Of a stretch of 64,000 nt of DNA, positions 45,271 through 55,827 are shown one piece after another. Below the pieces are notes generated by a model. The model searched no databases. It was not told the origin of the DNA and saw only the letters and a list, made by a program, of their open reading frames with translations. Location of the stretch: the NCBI GenBank assembly GCA_947626565.1, contig CANQSQ010000003.1, positions 1,518 through 65,517 of the forward strand, in the 5' to 3' direction. Origin of the DNA: an uncultured Bacilli bacterium. Lineage in GTDB: Bacteria > Bacillota_I > Bacilli_A > RF39 > UBA660. Within the stretch, counting starts at the first letter, position 1; each line of letters opens with the position of its first letter. Position numbers and translations under genes: made by a program.

Positions 45271-47961
45271 ATGAAATATATGAGTCATGATGATATTAGA
45301 AAAATGTGGTTTAAGTTTTTTGAAGAAAGAGGTCATAAAGTATATGAAAGTGCTTCATTAGTTCCAGTAAATGATAATAGTTTATTATGGATAAATGCTG
45401 GGGTTGCTTCATTAAAAAAATATTTTGATGGAACAGAAGTTCCTGATTCAAGACGAATTGTAAATATTCAAAAGTGTATTAGAACTAATGATGTAGAAAA
45501 TGTAGGTATTACTAAGAGACATCAGACTTTTTTTGAAATGATGGGAAATTTTTCTATTGGAGATTATTTTAAGGAAGAAGCTATTGAATTTGCTTTTACT
45601 TTGCTTACTAGTAAAGAGTATTTTGCTATTGATAAAGATTTATTATATGTAACAGTTTATAAAGATGATGAGGTGGCTAAAAAACGTTGGATAGAAGTTG
45701 GCCTTAATCCTAGTCATATTGTACCGCTAGAAGGTAATTTTTGGGAGATAGGTGAGGGTCCATGTGGTCCAGATTCAGAAATATTCTTTGATAGAGGAGA
45801 TAAGTATGATCCAAATCATGATGCTTTTGATTTATTTAAAAATGATGAAGATCAAGAACGCTATATTGAGATTTGGAATAATGTTTTTAGTCAGTATAAT
45901 GCTAAAGCGGGTGTAGATAGAAAAGATTATAAAGAATTACCTAGTAAAAATATAGATACAGGAGCAGGTCTTGAAAGATGGTGTTGTATTTTTCAAGGTG
46001 TTGATTCTAACTTTGAGACTGATTTATTTAAACCTATAATTAAGCATATTGAAGAATTAGCTAAGTTTGAATATGTTGGTCAAAAAGAATTTAAAATTAT
46101 AGCCGATCATATTAGAGCTATTACGTTTGCTTTAGCTGATGGAGCTTGTTTTGAAAATGTAGGACGTGGTTATGTTTTAAGAAGATTACTTCGTCGTAGT
46201 GTGCGTTTTGGACGTCAGATTGGTTTAGAATGTCCATTTATGTATAAAATAGTTAGCGATGTTGTTGATGTAATGAAAGAAGCTTATCCTTATTTATTAG
46301 AAAAAAGACCTATCATTGAAGCTTTAGTTTTAGATGAAGAAAAACTATTCTTAAAGACGTTAGAAGCAGGAGAAAGAAGATTAAAGGAACTAATTGCAGA
46401 ATCAGAGGATGGATATATAAGTGGTGAAGAGGCTTTTAAATTATATGATACTTATGGTTTCCCATTTGAATTAACTGAGGAATATTTACAAGAATTAGGT
46501 TATAGAGTAGATAAAGATGAATTTGATAAGTACATGCAGGCACAAAAAGATTTAGCAAAGAAAAATGCTAAAAATAAGAGTCAAATGGCTAGTCAAAAGA
46601 AAGTACTTTTAGATTTTAAAGACAAGTCACAATTTGTGTATGGTATATATCGTCTTAAAAGTAAAGTTTTAGCTATTTTTTCCAAAGATGAGATGGTTGA
46701 TGCTATTGATCATGATACTTACATAGCTGTAGAAAGAACCTGTTTTTATGCAGAATCTGGTGGTCAAGTAAGTGATACAGGTATGATTGTTGGTAAAAAC
46801 TTTAAAGCTAGAGTTGTTGATGTTTTTAAAGGACCTAATGGTCAACATATTCATAAAGTACGTTTATTAGATGGTATTATTAGAAAAGATGATGAGTGTG
46901 AACTAATAATTGATGAAGATCGAAGAAAAAAGATTCAAGCTAATCACTCAACTGTTCATATTTTACAATATGCATTGCAACAAGTAATTTCAGGAACTAT
47001 TAAACAAGCTGGTAGTTATGTCGATGATGAAAAATTAAGATTTGATTTTACTTATGCTGGTAAGATTACAGATAATAATATTTTAGAAGTTGAAAAATTT
47101 GCTAATGACATGATTAATAAGCATTTAATTGTTTCAACAGAGATTATGCCTCTTGATAAAGCTAAAGAATTAGGAGCTATGGCTTTATTTAGTGAAAAGT
47201 ATGGCGATGTAGTTAGAGTTGTTAAAATAGGTAAATCAATCGAATTATGTGGTGGTACACATGTTACAGATACAAAAGATATAGGTAAAATGGCTATATA
47301 TTTATGTGAGTCTAAAGGAAGTAATGTTTATCGTATTGAAGCTGCTACTAATGATAAGATTGAAGATATCTTATTTGAGACTATAAAACCATATAACGAT
47401 GAAATGATTAAATTATTAATGAAAGCTAGAGAGATACTTGATAATGCTAAAGCTGATGGTATTAAATTAGATTTTGATGTAGATATAAATAATGATAAAC
47501 CCGTTTCTTATAAAGATATTATCTTTAATAAAAATGAATTACAGTATATTCAACAAGAAGTTAAGAATTTAGAAAAGAAGTATTTTGACTTAAAAGAAAA
47601 ACAAATATTAGAAAATTTAGATATTTATCGTGAAAAAGTAAAACAATATAATAAAGTTTTAGGAATAGTAATGGAGTTACACGATAAAGATGTTAACTTA
47701 GTTAAAAGTATTGCGGATGCTTTAATAAATGAATTAGGAGAAGGTTTAGTTTTCTTTGCTAATGTAAAGAAAGATAATTCTGTTAATTTCATTTGTCGTA
47801 GTTCATGTCAAGTTAATGCTGGTTTAATAGTTAAAGAAGCTAGTGTCTTAGCTCATGGTAATGGGGGAGGTAGTGCCACATTTGCTCAAGGAGGCGGCAA
47901 AGAAGTTACCAATTTAGAAGAAATCTTTAACTATGTAGGGAAAGCTTTAGAAGATGCATAA
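45271..47961 (+). CDS. alaS: alanine--tRNA ligase
   Basis: RHQTFFEMMGNFSIGDYFK, GAGLERW, the editing-domain HSTVHIL...CGGTHV, and the C-terminal DHHA1-like GGGSATFAQGGG. Confidence 0.97.
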   Translation: MKYMSHDDIRKMWFKFFEERGHKVYESASLVPVNDNSLLWINAGVASLKKYFDGTEVPDSRRIVNIQKCIRTNDVENVGITKRHQTFFEMMGNFSIGDYFKEEAIEFAFTLLTSKEYFAIDKDLLYVTVYKDDEVAKKRWIEVGLNPSHIVPLEGNFWEIGEGPCGPDSEIFFDRGDKYDPNHDAFDLFKNDEDQERYIEIWNNVFSQYNAKAGVDRKDYKELPSKNIDTGAGLERWCCIFQGVDSNFETDLFKPIIKHIEELAKFEYVGQKEFKIIADHIRAITFALADGACFENVGRGYVLRRLLRRSVRFGRQIGLECPFMYKIVSDVVDVMKEAYPYLLEKRPIIEALVLDEEKLFLKTLEAGERRLKELIAESEDGYISGEEAFKLYDTYGFPFELTEEYLQELGYRVDKDEFDKYMQAQKDLAKKNAKNKSQMASQKKVLLDFKDKSQFVYGIYRLKSKVLAIFSKDEMVDAIDHDTYIAVERTCFYAESGGQVSDTGMIVGKNFKARVVDVFKGPNGQHIHKVRLLDGIIRKDDECELIIDEDRRKKIQANHSTVHILQYALQQVISGTIKQAGSYVDDEKLRFDFTYAGKITDNNILEVEKFANDMINKHLIVSTEIMPLDKAKELGAMALFSEKYGDVVRVVKIGKSIELCGGTHVTDTKDIGKMAIYLCESKGSNVYRIEAATNDKIEDILFETIKPYNDEMIKLLMKAREILDNAKADGIKLDFDVDINNDKPVSYKDIIFNKNELQYIQQEVKNLEKKYFDLKEKQILENLDIYREKVKQYNKVLGIVMELHDKDVNLVKSIADALINELGEGLVFFANVKKDNSVNFICRSSCQVNAGLIVKEASVLAHGNGGGSATFAQGGGKEVTNLEEIFNYVGKALEDA

Positions 47962-48895
47962 TTACTTATTAGAAGGACTTGACAATTTAGCCATAGAATT
48001 AGAAGTTAATAAAATAATAAAAAGTAATAAATTTGAAGAGGCTTCAAAAAACATTTACGATATGGAAATAACGACTTTAGATAAAGCCTTAGAAGATTTA
48101 GATACTTATAATTTTTTAAGTACTAAAAAGATTGTAGAGATTAGAAAGATAGAAGAATTAAATCAAGATGAAAATAAAGAGTTTTTAAATCATTTATATA
48201 AATACTTAGATAATCCTAATGATGATAATTTACTAATAATTGAAACTAATAAACTTAATAATACATTAAAAATGACTAAGGAATTAAAAAAGAAATGTCA
48301 ATATGTTTTTTGCGAAGAAAATGTTAAAATTTTTATTAAGAGTAGTTTAAAAGGATATAATATTGATAATGAAACATTAGATTTATTAGATGAATTTTGT
48401 CTTGGAGATATAAGTAAAGCTTATAATGAATGTCAAAAATTAAAAGATTATGCTTATAAGGAAAAGACTATTACCAAAGAAATGGTTTTGGATTTGGTAG
48501 TTCAAAAATTAGGTGATAGTAAAGATTTAACGTTTGCTTTTACGAGAAGTTTAGCAGAAAAGGATAAAAAGAAGGCTTTAGAAAAATATAATAAATTATT
48601 AGCTTATAATATAGAACCAGTCGCAATTTTAGGTTTATTAGCTAGTCAAATAAGGATAATGTATCAGGTTAAGGTTTTAGAGAAAAAACATTTAACAAAT
48701 AAAGAGATAGCAACAATATTAAAAGAAAAGTCTGATTATCGAATTAGTAAGACAAAAGAATTAACAAAATATTATAGTGAAGATGAGATTTTAGAATTAA
48801 TGATTAAGTTAGGGCAAATAGATGTACAAATGAAAAGTCAGGATGTTGATTCTAATTTCTTAATTCAATTATTTATAATGAATATGGGTGAGTAA
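47954..48895 (+). CDS. holA: DNA polymerase III delta subunit
   Basis: 313 aa with HolA-like layout: YLLEG start, F.S.KKIV.I, YLDNPNDDNLLII, ECQKLKDY...ITKEMV, ALEKYNKLL...EPVAILGLLASQIRIMYQVKVL. Overlaps alaS by 8 nt. Confidence 0.7.
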   Translation: MHNYLLEGLDNLAIELEVNKIIKSNKFEEASKNIYDMEITTLDKALEDLDTYNFLSTKKIVEIRKIEELNQDENKEFLNHLYKYLDNPNDDNLLIIETNKLNNTLKMTKELKKKCQYVFCEENVKIFIKSSLKGYNIDNETLDLLDEFCLGDISKAYNECQKLKDYAYKEKTITKEMVLDLVVQKLGDSKDLTFAFTRSLAEKDKKKALEKYNKLLAYNIEPVAILGLLASQIRIMYQVKVLEKKHLTNKEIATILKEKSDYRISKTKELTKYYSEDEILELMIKLGQIDVQMKSQDVDSNFLIQLFIMNMGE

Positions 48896-48897
48896 AG

Positions 48898-48923
48898 GAA
48901 GTTGGTATAACAACTTCTTTTTT
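48898..48923 (+). terminator. intrinsic terminator after holA
   Basis: gaagttg-gtataa-caacttc followed by T6. Confidence 0.65.
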
Positions 48924-48942
48924 GGTAGAAAAAAAGAAAAGC

Positions 48943-50157
48943 TTAGGAGTTATTAAGCTTTTCAAGACGTTCATAAATTTCTTTTAGAGTTTTTTCATAG
49001 CCTAGATCTTTAGGATGATAGTATTTAGCATTTTTAATATTGTCGGGAAGATATTGTTGTTTTACAAAGGCGGATTTATAATCATGAGGGTATTTGTATA
49101 GTGGGGAGTTATTTTTTAAGTGAGGAGGAAGGTTACCAGTATTACCTTTTTCAATATCTTGAAGAGCAGCATCAAAAGCTAGGTGAGCGGTGTTACTTTT
49201 AGGAGATAAGGCCATTTCAATAACAATGGTACCTAGAGGAATACGAGCTTCAGGAAGACCAATTCTTTCAGCAGCATTGATAGCAGCTTCTAGACGAGGA
49301 CCAATGGCTGGGTTAGCTAAACCAATATCTTCATAGGCAATGACTGATAAACGACGATATATAGAGTCAAGATCACCTTCAGTTAGTAAACGACCTAAAT
49401 AGTGAAGACTAGCATCGACATTACTACCACGAATAGATTTTTGAAGTCCACTTAAAACATCATAATGACCATCACCATTTTTATCAGTAAAGAAAACAGG
49501 ACGATTATTAATATTTTTAATGGTTGTAGTAGTTATTTGTTTATGATCAGTAGAATAATAGGCTATTTCAAGGAGATTATAGGCGTATCTTAGGTCATTT
49601 CCGGATAATTTAGCTATGAGATTGATACTTTCTTCGTCAATAGTAATTCCGGCTAAATCAGGGTGTTTTAGGGCCTTTTTTAGACCAGTTATGATATCGG
49701 TAGTAGTTAATTCATGAAGTTCAAATAATTGACAACGACTACGAATAGCTGGATTAATAGCGTGGTAAGGATTAGAAGTAGTCATACCAATTAAAGTAAT
49801 AAGACCACTTTCTAAGGCCGGAAGAAGGATATCTTGTTTATCTTTATTAAGACGATGGATTTCATCCATAATTAAAATGAGTCCATCATACATTTTAGCT
49901 TCTTCAATAACAATATCAAGGTCTTTTTTAGTATTAATAGTTGCATTTAAAAAACGATAACGTTCTTGCAAATCATTGACTAAAGCATTAGCTATAGAAG
50001 TTTTACCAATACCAGGTTTACCATAAAGAATCATAGAAAAAAGTTTTTTATTCTTAACTAAATTAGTAAGAATTTTACCTTCTCCTAGTAAATGGTGTTG
50101 ACCTATGACATCAGATAGAGTTTTAGGAGCTAATTTGGTTGCGAGAAGTTTATTCAT
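48943..50157 (-). CDS. rarA: replication-associated recombination protein A (MgsA/RarA AAA+ ATPase)
   Basis: LAPKTLSDVIGQHHLLG, Walker A GKPGIGKTS, Walker B ILIMDEIHRLNK, and the C-terminal HYDVLSGLQKSIRGSNVDASLHYL motif. Confidence 0.9.
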   Translation of the reverse strand: MNKLLATKLAPKTLSDVIGQHHLLGEGKILTNLVKNKKLFSMILYGKPGIGKTSIANALVNDLQERYRFLNATINTKKDLDIVIEEAKMYDGLILIMDEIHRLNKDKQDILLPALESGLITLIGMTTSNPYHAINPAIRSRCQLFELHELTTTDIITGLKKALKHPDLAGITIDEESINLIAKLSGNDLRYAYNLLEIAYYSTDHKQITTTTIKNINNRPVFFTDKNGDGHYDVLSGLQKSIRGSNVDASLHYLGRLLTEGDLDSIYRRLSVIAYEDIGLANPAIGPRLEAAINAAERIGLPEARIPLGTIVIEMALSPKSNTAHLAFDAALQDIEKGNTGNLPPHLKNNSPLYKYPHDYKSAFVKQQYLPDNIKNAKYYHPKDLGYEKTLKEIYERLEKLNNS

Positions 50158-50238
50158 TTAAATCACCTTTATATATTGTAACAAAGTTTTAGGATTATAA
50201 AAATTAATTCATGAAAAAACTATATATATTATATATAG

Positions 50239-51258
50239 TTAATCGCCATAATAATTTGGTCGTATTTTTTGATAAAGTTTTTTTTCAATAGCCGTTGGAG
50301 TGGTAGCTTTGATATGAGAGGTTGCTTCATAGGCATCACCAGTAGTTGGAAATTCATCTAATATTTTAGTAAGGTCTATGTGACCATTACTGCGAGCTTG
50401 TATAGCTACTTCTTTTTCAGAGGTATGACCAATAGCAAAAGCGGCATCTACTTTATATCTAAAGCACATTTCAGTAGCTTCTTTTAATTCTTCTTCGGTA
50501 TATTTTTTGTGTTCTTCACCAGTGACACAAGCTATTGAGTAACTTAAGACTTTAATATTATTTAAAACCAAATTTTTAATTTTTTGATTTTGAGAATCTT
50601 CTTCAATTAAAAAAGCATTAGTACTATCAATATCAGCGCCAGTATCAATAAGATAAGAAGCTAATTTAATGGTTTCATTAGCTTTACCTTTTTTACTAAA
50701 GCGGTTACTAGCAAGATAAATACCGGTATATAAGTAGGTTGCTAATTCTTTATCAAATCTTATTTTAGATTGATGTAACAGTTTAGTAATAATTTCACAT
50801 AAACTAACATAATTAGAAAAAACAAATGTTTGATTATTATTTAAATAGGTTTCTGAAGTAGTAGGTTCTTCATATGTTAAAGAAATAACTTGTTTAAGAG
50901 CACTTTTTTTAGAAAGATAAGTTTTATCTAGAGGTACTTTTGATAGGTCTTTACCTAGTAAAATGATAAGAAAGTTATTAGCAGGAGGAAGAGTACTAGT
51001 AGTATGAAAACCACGACGTTTAATGATACTGTATAAAATTTTAGAACTATTATGTAAATTGTCAGGATCTTCAATGAAAATAGAAGGCATTTTGTTAGCT
51101 CTTAAACTTAGAATATATAAAGCTATACTAGCAGCAATGGCATCAAAGTCACGATAATTACTTGGAATAATAATGACTTCGTCTGTTGTAGCAAACTTTT
51201 TAGTAATAGTATTGTTTAAGTTATTAATGTCTTCATCCATGATAGTTTTTATTTTCAT
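50239..51258 (-). CDS. DHH/DHHA1-like phosphoesterase family protein with degenerate catalytic motifs
   Basis: Length and layout resemble NrnA-type DHH proteins (VIIIPSNYRDFDAIAASIALY, LYTGIYLASNRF, IDTGADI, C-terminal GDAYEATSH). The DHH, DTG and GGGH signature residues are substituted. Confidence 0.4.
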   Translation of the reverse strand: MKIKTIMDEDINNLNNTITKKFATTDEVIIIPSNYRDFDAIAASIALYILSLRANKMPSIFIEDPDNLHNSSKILYSIIKRRGFHTTSTLPPANNFLIILLGKDLSKVPLDKTYLSKKSALKQVISLTYEEPTTSETYLNNNQTFVFSNYVSLCEIITKLLHQSKIRFDKELATYLYTGIYLASNRFSKKGKANETIKLASYLIDTGADIDSTNAFLIEEDSQNQKIKNLVLNNIKVLSYSIACVTGEEHKKYTEEELKEATEMCFRYKVDAAFAIGHTSEKEVAIQARSNGHIDLTKILDEFPTTGDAYEATSHIKATTPTAIEKKLYQKIRPNYYGD

Positions 51259-51376
51259 ATTAATTGCTCCCTTCCTTTTTCTTGGTAGGGATATTTTATA
51301 ACATTTTAGCTATTTTGTCAATTTTAAAGGCATTTAATTGACTATTTTGTGTTAAGATATATTTAAGGTGGTAAGT

Positions 51377-52264
51377 ATGAATATTCAGGAAGCAATAGAT
51401 GACTTTTTAAATTATTGTATTTTTGAAAAGGGATTGGCAGATAAGACCAAAGAATCATACGCTAATGATTTAGACGTTTATTTAAATTTTTTAAAGGAGC
51501 AAGGAAAGACAAAAACCTCAGAGATAAAGAGTGATGATATTAAATTATTTTTAAAAATAAGAAGTGGAGAAGCATCAACTACTATTGCTCATAATTTAAC
51601 GGTTATTAAGAATTTTCATGCTTATTTAGTAAAGGAAAAGATTTGCAAAGAAGATCCAGCAGAATTTATAGAACGACCAAAGTTAAGAAAAGCTTTGCCT
51701 AAAACACTAAGTGAAGATGATGTTGATAAGTTGCTGGATATTAATTTAGTAACACCGTTTGACTATCGCAATAAGGCTATGTTAGAATTAATGTATGGTT
51801 GTGGTTTAAGAGTAAGTGAAGTTATTAATTTAGAAATAAATGATATTGATGTTACTAATTGTTTAATTAGAATACTTGGTAAAGGTAGTAAAGAAAGAGA
51901 TGTCCCTGTTGGAGAGTATGCTCTTAAGTATTTGGAACTTTATTTGGAAAAGAGAGAACTTTTACTTAAAAATAAGTCTTGTGATAAGTTATTTTTAAAC
52001 AATCATGGAGTAGGAATGACTAGACAGGGCTTTTTCAAGAATTTAAAGCAAATTTTAAAGGAAAAAGGTTTGAATACTGATGTTTCTCCTCATACTTTGA
52101 GACATTCTTTTGCTACACATTTAGTAAATAGGGGAGCTGACCTTAGAAGTATTCAGGAAATGTTAGGACATTCAGATATTTCAACCACAAAAATATATGC
52201 TGAAGTTAGTGATGATAAAGTGATAAAAGATTATAATAAATATCATTTAAGAAGTCATAAGTAA
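51377..52264 (+). CDS. xerD: site-specific tyrosine recombinase XerD
   Basis: SAM-like N-domain (FLNYCIFEKGLADKTKESYANDL). Catalytic ELMYGCGLRVSEV, HTLRHSFATHL and LGHSDISTTKIY. ATG 51377 has RBS aaggtgg. Confidence 0.85.
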   Translation: MNIQEAIDDFLNYCIFEKGLADKTKESYANDLDVYLNFLKEQGKTKTSEIKSDDIKLFLKIRSGEASTTIAHNLTVIKNFHAYLVKEKICKEDPAEFIERPKLRKALPKTLSEDDVDKLLDINLVTPFDYRNKAMLELMYGCGLRVSEVINLEINDIDVTNCLIRILGKGSKERDVPVGEYALKYLELYLEKRELLLKNKSCDKLFLNNHGVGMTRQGFFKNLKQILKEKGLNTDVSPHTLRHSFATHLVNRGADLRSIQEMLGHSDISTTKIYAEVSDDKVIKDYNKYHLRSHK

Positions 52265-52275
52265 GGAGATTAAAT

Positions 52276-53442
52276 ATGAGATTTAAAAGAGTTTTTTTAA
52301 TTGTACTTGATTCCTTAGGAGTAGGGGAAACAGCTGATGCGGCTAACTTTAAGGATAATGGATGCAATACTTTGGGACATATTAATGAGCAATATAATTT
52401 ATTTATTCCAAATTTAAAGAAAATTGGTTTTTTAAATACTTTAAATATGAATGAGGATAGTAAAGTAGAAGCTTATTATACGATTGCGAAACCAGTAAAT
52501 GCTGGTAAAGATACTTTAAATGGTCATTATGAGATGGTTGGGATAAAGAATGATATTCCGTTTAAAACTTTTAATCAAGGCTTTGTATTTGAAATTTTAA
52601 GTGGTATAGAACAAGTTACGGGTCGTAGTGTGATTGGTAATAAGTGTTGCAATGACGACAGTATTATTCAAGAATTAGGTGAAAGACAAGTTAATTATGG
52701 TTCACTTATTGTGTATACTTCAGCAGATTCTGATTTACAGGTAGCTGCTCATGAAGATAGTGTACCAATTAGTACATTATATCAGTATTGTGAAAAGATT
52801 AGAGCTTTGACTTTACAAGAAGACTGGCGCATTGGTAGAGTTATAGCTAGACCTTTTACGGGTACCCCTGGTAAGTATAAGTTTATTAATAGTGGACGGA
52901 GAGATTATGCTGTTAAACCACCTAAGAGGACAGTTTTAGATAGTTTGTTAGAGAATAATTATAATGTTATTGGTATTGGAAAGATTAATGATATTTTTGA
53001 TGGGCAAGGTATTAATAAAAATATTAAGGCAACAAATAATACTGAAGCTATAAATAAACTTACTGATATTATGGAGAAGAATTTTACGGGTCTTTGTATG
53101 GTTAATTTAGCTGATTTTGATAGTTTATATGGTCATGCTAGAGATGTGCAAGGATATGCCAATGCTATTGAGGAGTTAGATGTTGATATACCAATTATAT
53201 TAAATAAGTTGGAATTAGATGATTTATTAATTATTACGGCAGATCATGGTAATGATCCAACGTTTAGAGGCAATGATCATACTAGGGAAAATGTTCCTGT
53301 AATTATTTATAGTAGGAATTTTAAAGAACCTAAGAGATTAAGTCCTTTTGAGACGTTTGCTAATATAGGCGCAACAATTGCTGATAATTTTGAGGTAGAA
53401 TCTCCTGAAATAGGTAAAAGTATTTTAGATGAATTAGTGTAA
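52276..53442 (+). CDS. deoB: phosphopentomutase
   Basis: RVFLIVLDSLGVGE, YTSADSDLQVAAHE, NLADFDSLYGH and ITADHGNDPT motifs. Confidence 0.95.
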   Translation: MRFKRVFLIVLDSLGVGETADAANFKDNGCNTLGHINEQYNLFIPNLKKIGFLNTLNMNEDSKVEAYYTIAKPVNAGKDTLNGHYEMVGIKNDIPFKTFNQGFVFEILSGIEQVTGRSVIGNKCCNDDSIIQELGERQVNYGSLIVYTSADSDLQVAAHEDSVPISTLYQYCEKIRALTLQEDWRIGRVIARPFTGTPGKYKFINSGRRDYAVKPPKRTVLDSLLENNYNVIGIGKINDIFDGQGINKNIKATNNTEAINKLTDIMEKNFTGLCMVNLADFDSLYGHARDVQGYANAIEELDVDIPIILNKLELDDLLIITADHGNDPTFRGNDHTRENVPVIIYSRNFKEPKRLSPFETFANIGATIADNFEVESPEIGKSILDELV

Positions 53443-53461
53443 AGAAGAAAGTAGGGGAAGC

Positions 53462-53488
53462 AAAAAGGGGAGTGGTTCCCCTTTTTTT
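53462..53488. terminator. bidirectional terminator between deoB and the DUF1540 gene
   Basis: aaaaaGGGGA-gtggt-TCCCCttttttt. Confidence 0.7.
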
Positions 53489-53696
53489 ATATTTCAGCAG
53501 TTACTTCATATTCATTATCTGTAATAATACCTCTTGTTGTTTCAAAACTTTGACAGATAGTTTCTTCAGGATAGCTACAAGAAGAATTATTACAGGTACA
53601 AGAAATGTTAACTTTTTCTAAGGTACAAGTCCCCTCTTCATTATTATTGTGATTGCAGCTATCGACATCACATTTAATAGTATTTTTTTTATTCAT
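53487..53696 (-). CDS. DUF1540 family Cys-rich small protein
   Basis: The 69-aa protein has KCDVDSCNHNNNEEGTCTL...ISCTCNNSSC, the duplicated C..C.H/C pattern of DUF1540 proteins from spore formers. Confidence 0.65.
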   Translation of the reverse strand: MNKKNTIKCDVDSCNHNNNEEGTCTLEKVNISCTCNNSSCSYPEETICQSFETTRGIITDNEYEVTAEI

Positions 53697-54441
53697 AAAT
53701 TGACCTCTTTTCTTTTAGTTATATTATTAGTTTGATGCAGATAAAGATTTTTATACAAAAACTAAAGTGAATTTTAAGCGATTTAATTATTAGAAAACGG
53801 ATAGTTCTTAAGCTCGATTTCCTAAAATTGATGCAAATCTTCTAGGAAATATTTTAATAGTTAAAGAGAGAGGGGTTATTATGAATGATTATTAAGAGTA
53901 CTTATTATTAGAATTAAGTTATATTATATAATGTATAATTAGTTGTAAAATAAAGATAATTTATAAAGATATATTTTATTTTTAGGAAAATAAATGGTAT
54001 GATAATAACATAGTAATTAAGTAAGAAGTATTTGAGGTATTTATATATTGTAGTTAGGGGAGTATTTATTTATATATTTAAAATAGTTTATATAGAAGTT
54101 AACATAATATCAATTATAGGAAGTTGATTAAAACGTTGTCATATATAGCAATACTTTCATTTATACAACCTTTTTTGATTTATCGGAAGTAACTAAGTAT
54201 CTAACTCTTTATTCTTTTCCTTATTATTAAGCGATTTTATATAAAGTATTTTAAGGACAAATTTAATAATTTGAAATTTATTTAAAATATTTTTTTTATT
54301 AAAATTTAATTAAATTTACGGTTTCATTATAAATATTAATATTATATGCTTACTTATGATTAATAAATAATCTATCTGATTATTAATCTGGGACAATACA
54401 CTCCCTACTCTAATTTAAATGAAATGAGATGATTAAGTAGA

Positions 54442-54960
54442 ATGAATAATATTAATATTTTTTCTTTTATTTTCTATCTTATTATGATTGTTATGGCAAT
54501 GAGATTAATAGCTATGGCTTTAAAAGATAATAATAAGGAAGAAACGTCTGAAACAGCCAAAACTATATATAAAAAGAAAGATTTTATGACGTTAGCAGAA
54601 AGAGATTTTTTTAATAAAATTAAAGTATTAGAAACGGATTATAATTATAGAATTGTACCTCAACTTAATTTAGCAACTATTGCTCAAAAGACTACTAATA
54701 GTTATTATTATACTGATTTATTTAGAAATATAGATTTTGCTATATTTGATAATGATTATAAACAAATATTACTATTAATAGAGTTAAATGATGCTACTCA
54801 TAAAAGGAAAAAAAGACAAGCAAGAGATATAAAAGTTCAAAATATTTGTGAAGAAATTGGAGTACCATTATTGAAGTTTTATACTAATTATAGTAATGAA
54901 ACAACTTACGTAATAAATAGAATAATAAAAACTATAATTGATAATAATAAGGCAAATTAA
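54442..54960 (+). CDS. DUF2726 domain protein (restriction-endonuclease-like fold) with N-terminal TM anchor
   Basis: TM head (IFSFIFYLIMIVMAMRLIAMAL), then LAERDFFNKIKVL...YRIVPQLNLATI...IDFAIFDNDYKQILLLIELNDATH...RDIKVQNICEEIGVPLLKF, matching the DUF2726 layout (D...E.K-type core). Confidence 0.6.
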   Translation: MNNINIFSFIFYLIMIVMAMRLIAMALKDNNKEETSETAKTIYKKKDFMTLAERDFFNKIKVLETDYNYRIVPQLNLATIAQKTTNSYYYTDLFRNIDFAIFDNDYKQILLLIELNDATHKRKKRQARDIKVQNICEEIGVPLLKFYTNYSNETTYVINRIIKTIIDNNKAN

Positions 54961-54997
54961 AACACTATATTTAAATAAGATTATATAGTGTTTTTTT
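54961..54997. terminator. terminator hairpin between convergent genes
   Basis: aacactatat / atatagtgtt 10-bp stem with a 12-nt loop, followed by T7. Confidence 0.6.
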
Positions 54998-55002
54998 AAC
55001 TT

Positions 55003-55770
55003 TTAAACTTTACGAGATTGAATTTCAGCTATCTTTTCAAAGACTTCTTTAGCATTATCTTCATTTATTTCATTAAATCCTAACTCTTTTAGAGCTTGAA
55101 CTTTAACCGTATTTAATTCTTGGGTACGAGATAACTTTTCTTCTTTTTTCTGCTCTATATGTTGAACAAAACGCTTATGAGATTCACTAAGTCTAGTCTT
55201 AGAAGCTCCACCATTATTATATAGAGTCATAGCAGAAAACATAATACTTTCAAAAATAAATTGCTTCTCTTTGTTAAAAGCAAATTCTAAAGGATCTGTA
55301 AAACCTAGGGATTTAGACATATAAGCTAAAATATATTTTAATTCTTCATTAGTTTCCATTGATTGAAGGAAATGAAATAAATATAAAAAAGTATTATAAG
55401 TTTCTTTAGTTTTATCTTGAGATAATTTCTCTTTTAAAATATTAATAATTTCAGATAAAAGTTCTTGTTCCTTTTTATTAAAACCTTTTAAATCAGCAAG
55501 TACCTCTTTATTAGAAGTGTCTTTAACGCCTTCATTTAATCTATTTTCTACTTCAATTATATATTCACCAGAAATTTTTAAAGTATTTAAGTCACTAATT
55601 TTTTCAATATTTAATAAACTTAATAATTTAGCAGCTTTTTCTTTTGGCCAATCATTAATATCATCAATTGCTAAATAATTATATAACATTTGTCTTGATA
55701 CTCCTAAGTATTTAGCTAAACGAACTTTACTTATACCTAGTTCAGTAAGTGTTTTATTTAAATCTTTCAT
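55003..55770 (-). CDS. HTH (XRE-like) domain protein, 255 aa, C-terminal domain unknown
   Basis: N-terminal LTELGISKVRLAKYLGVSRQMLYNYL helix-turn-helix. The remainder is helical with no motif I recognise. Confidence 0.55.
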   Translation of the reverse strand: MKDLNKTLTELGISKVRLAKYLGVSRQMLYNYLAIDDINDWPKEKAAKLLSLLNIEKISDLNTLKISGEYIIEVENRLNEGVKDTSNKEVLADLKGFNKKEQELLSEIINILKEKLSQDKTKETYNTFLYLFHFLQSMETNEELKYILAYMSKSLGFTDPLEFAFNKEKQFIFESIMFSAMTLYNNGGASKTRLSESHKRFVQHIEQKKEEKLSRTQELNTVKVQALKELGFNEINEDNAKEVFEKIAEIQSRKV

Positions 55771-55790
55771 TTTTTTACCCTCCTAATATA

Positions 55791-55827
55791 ATTATAGGCA
55801 TTTAAGTGTAAATAATCAAGTGTAAAT
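55791..55827 (-). promoter_or_regulatory. candidate promoter with direct-repeat operator for the HTH gene
   Basis: The minus strand reads TTGATT-17-TATAAT (plus coordinates 55814-55819 and 55791-55796). A 10-bp direct repeat ATTTACACTT (plus aagtgtaaat at 55804-55813 and 55818-55827) flanks the -35. Confidence 0.45.

Noticed and set aside
51377-52264. Tyrosine recombinase as a marker of an integrated mobile element
   Set aside because: The motifs and the xerD-deoB-spoIIM neighbourhood match the housekeeping chromosome-dimer resolvase XerD. No flanking repeats or phage or ICE genes are present.
53700-54441. Search for gene relics or structured repeats in the 740-bp AT-rich gap
   Set aside because: I found only a short inverted repeat (tttccta/taggaaa near 53818-53850) and a 10-bp word (taagcgattt) occurring twice. 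Both are compatible with chance in AT-rich DNA, so nothing specific can be claimed without transcript data.
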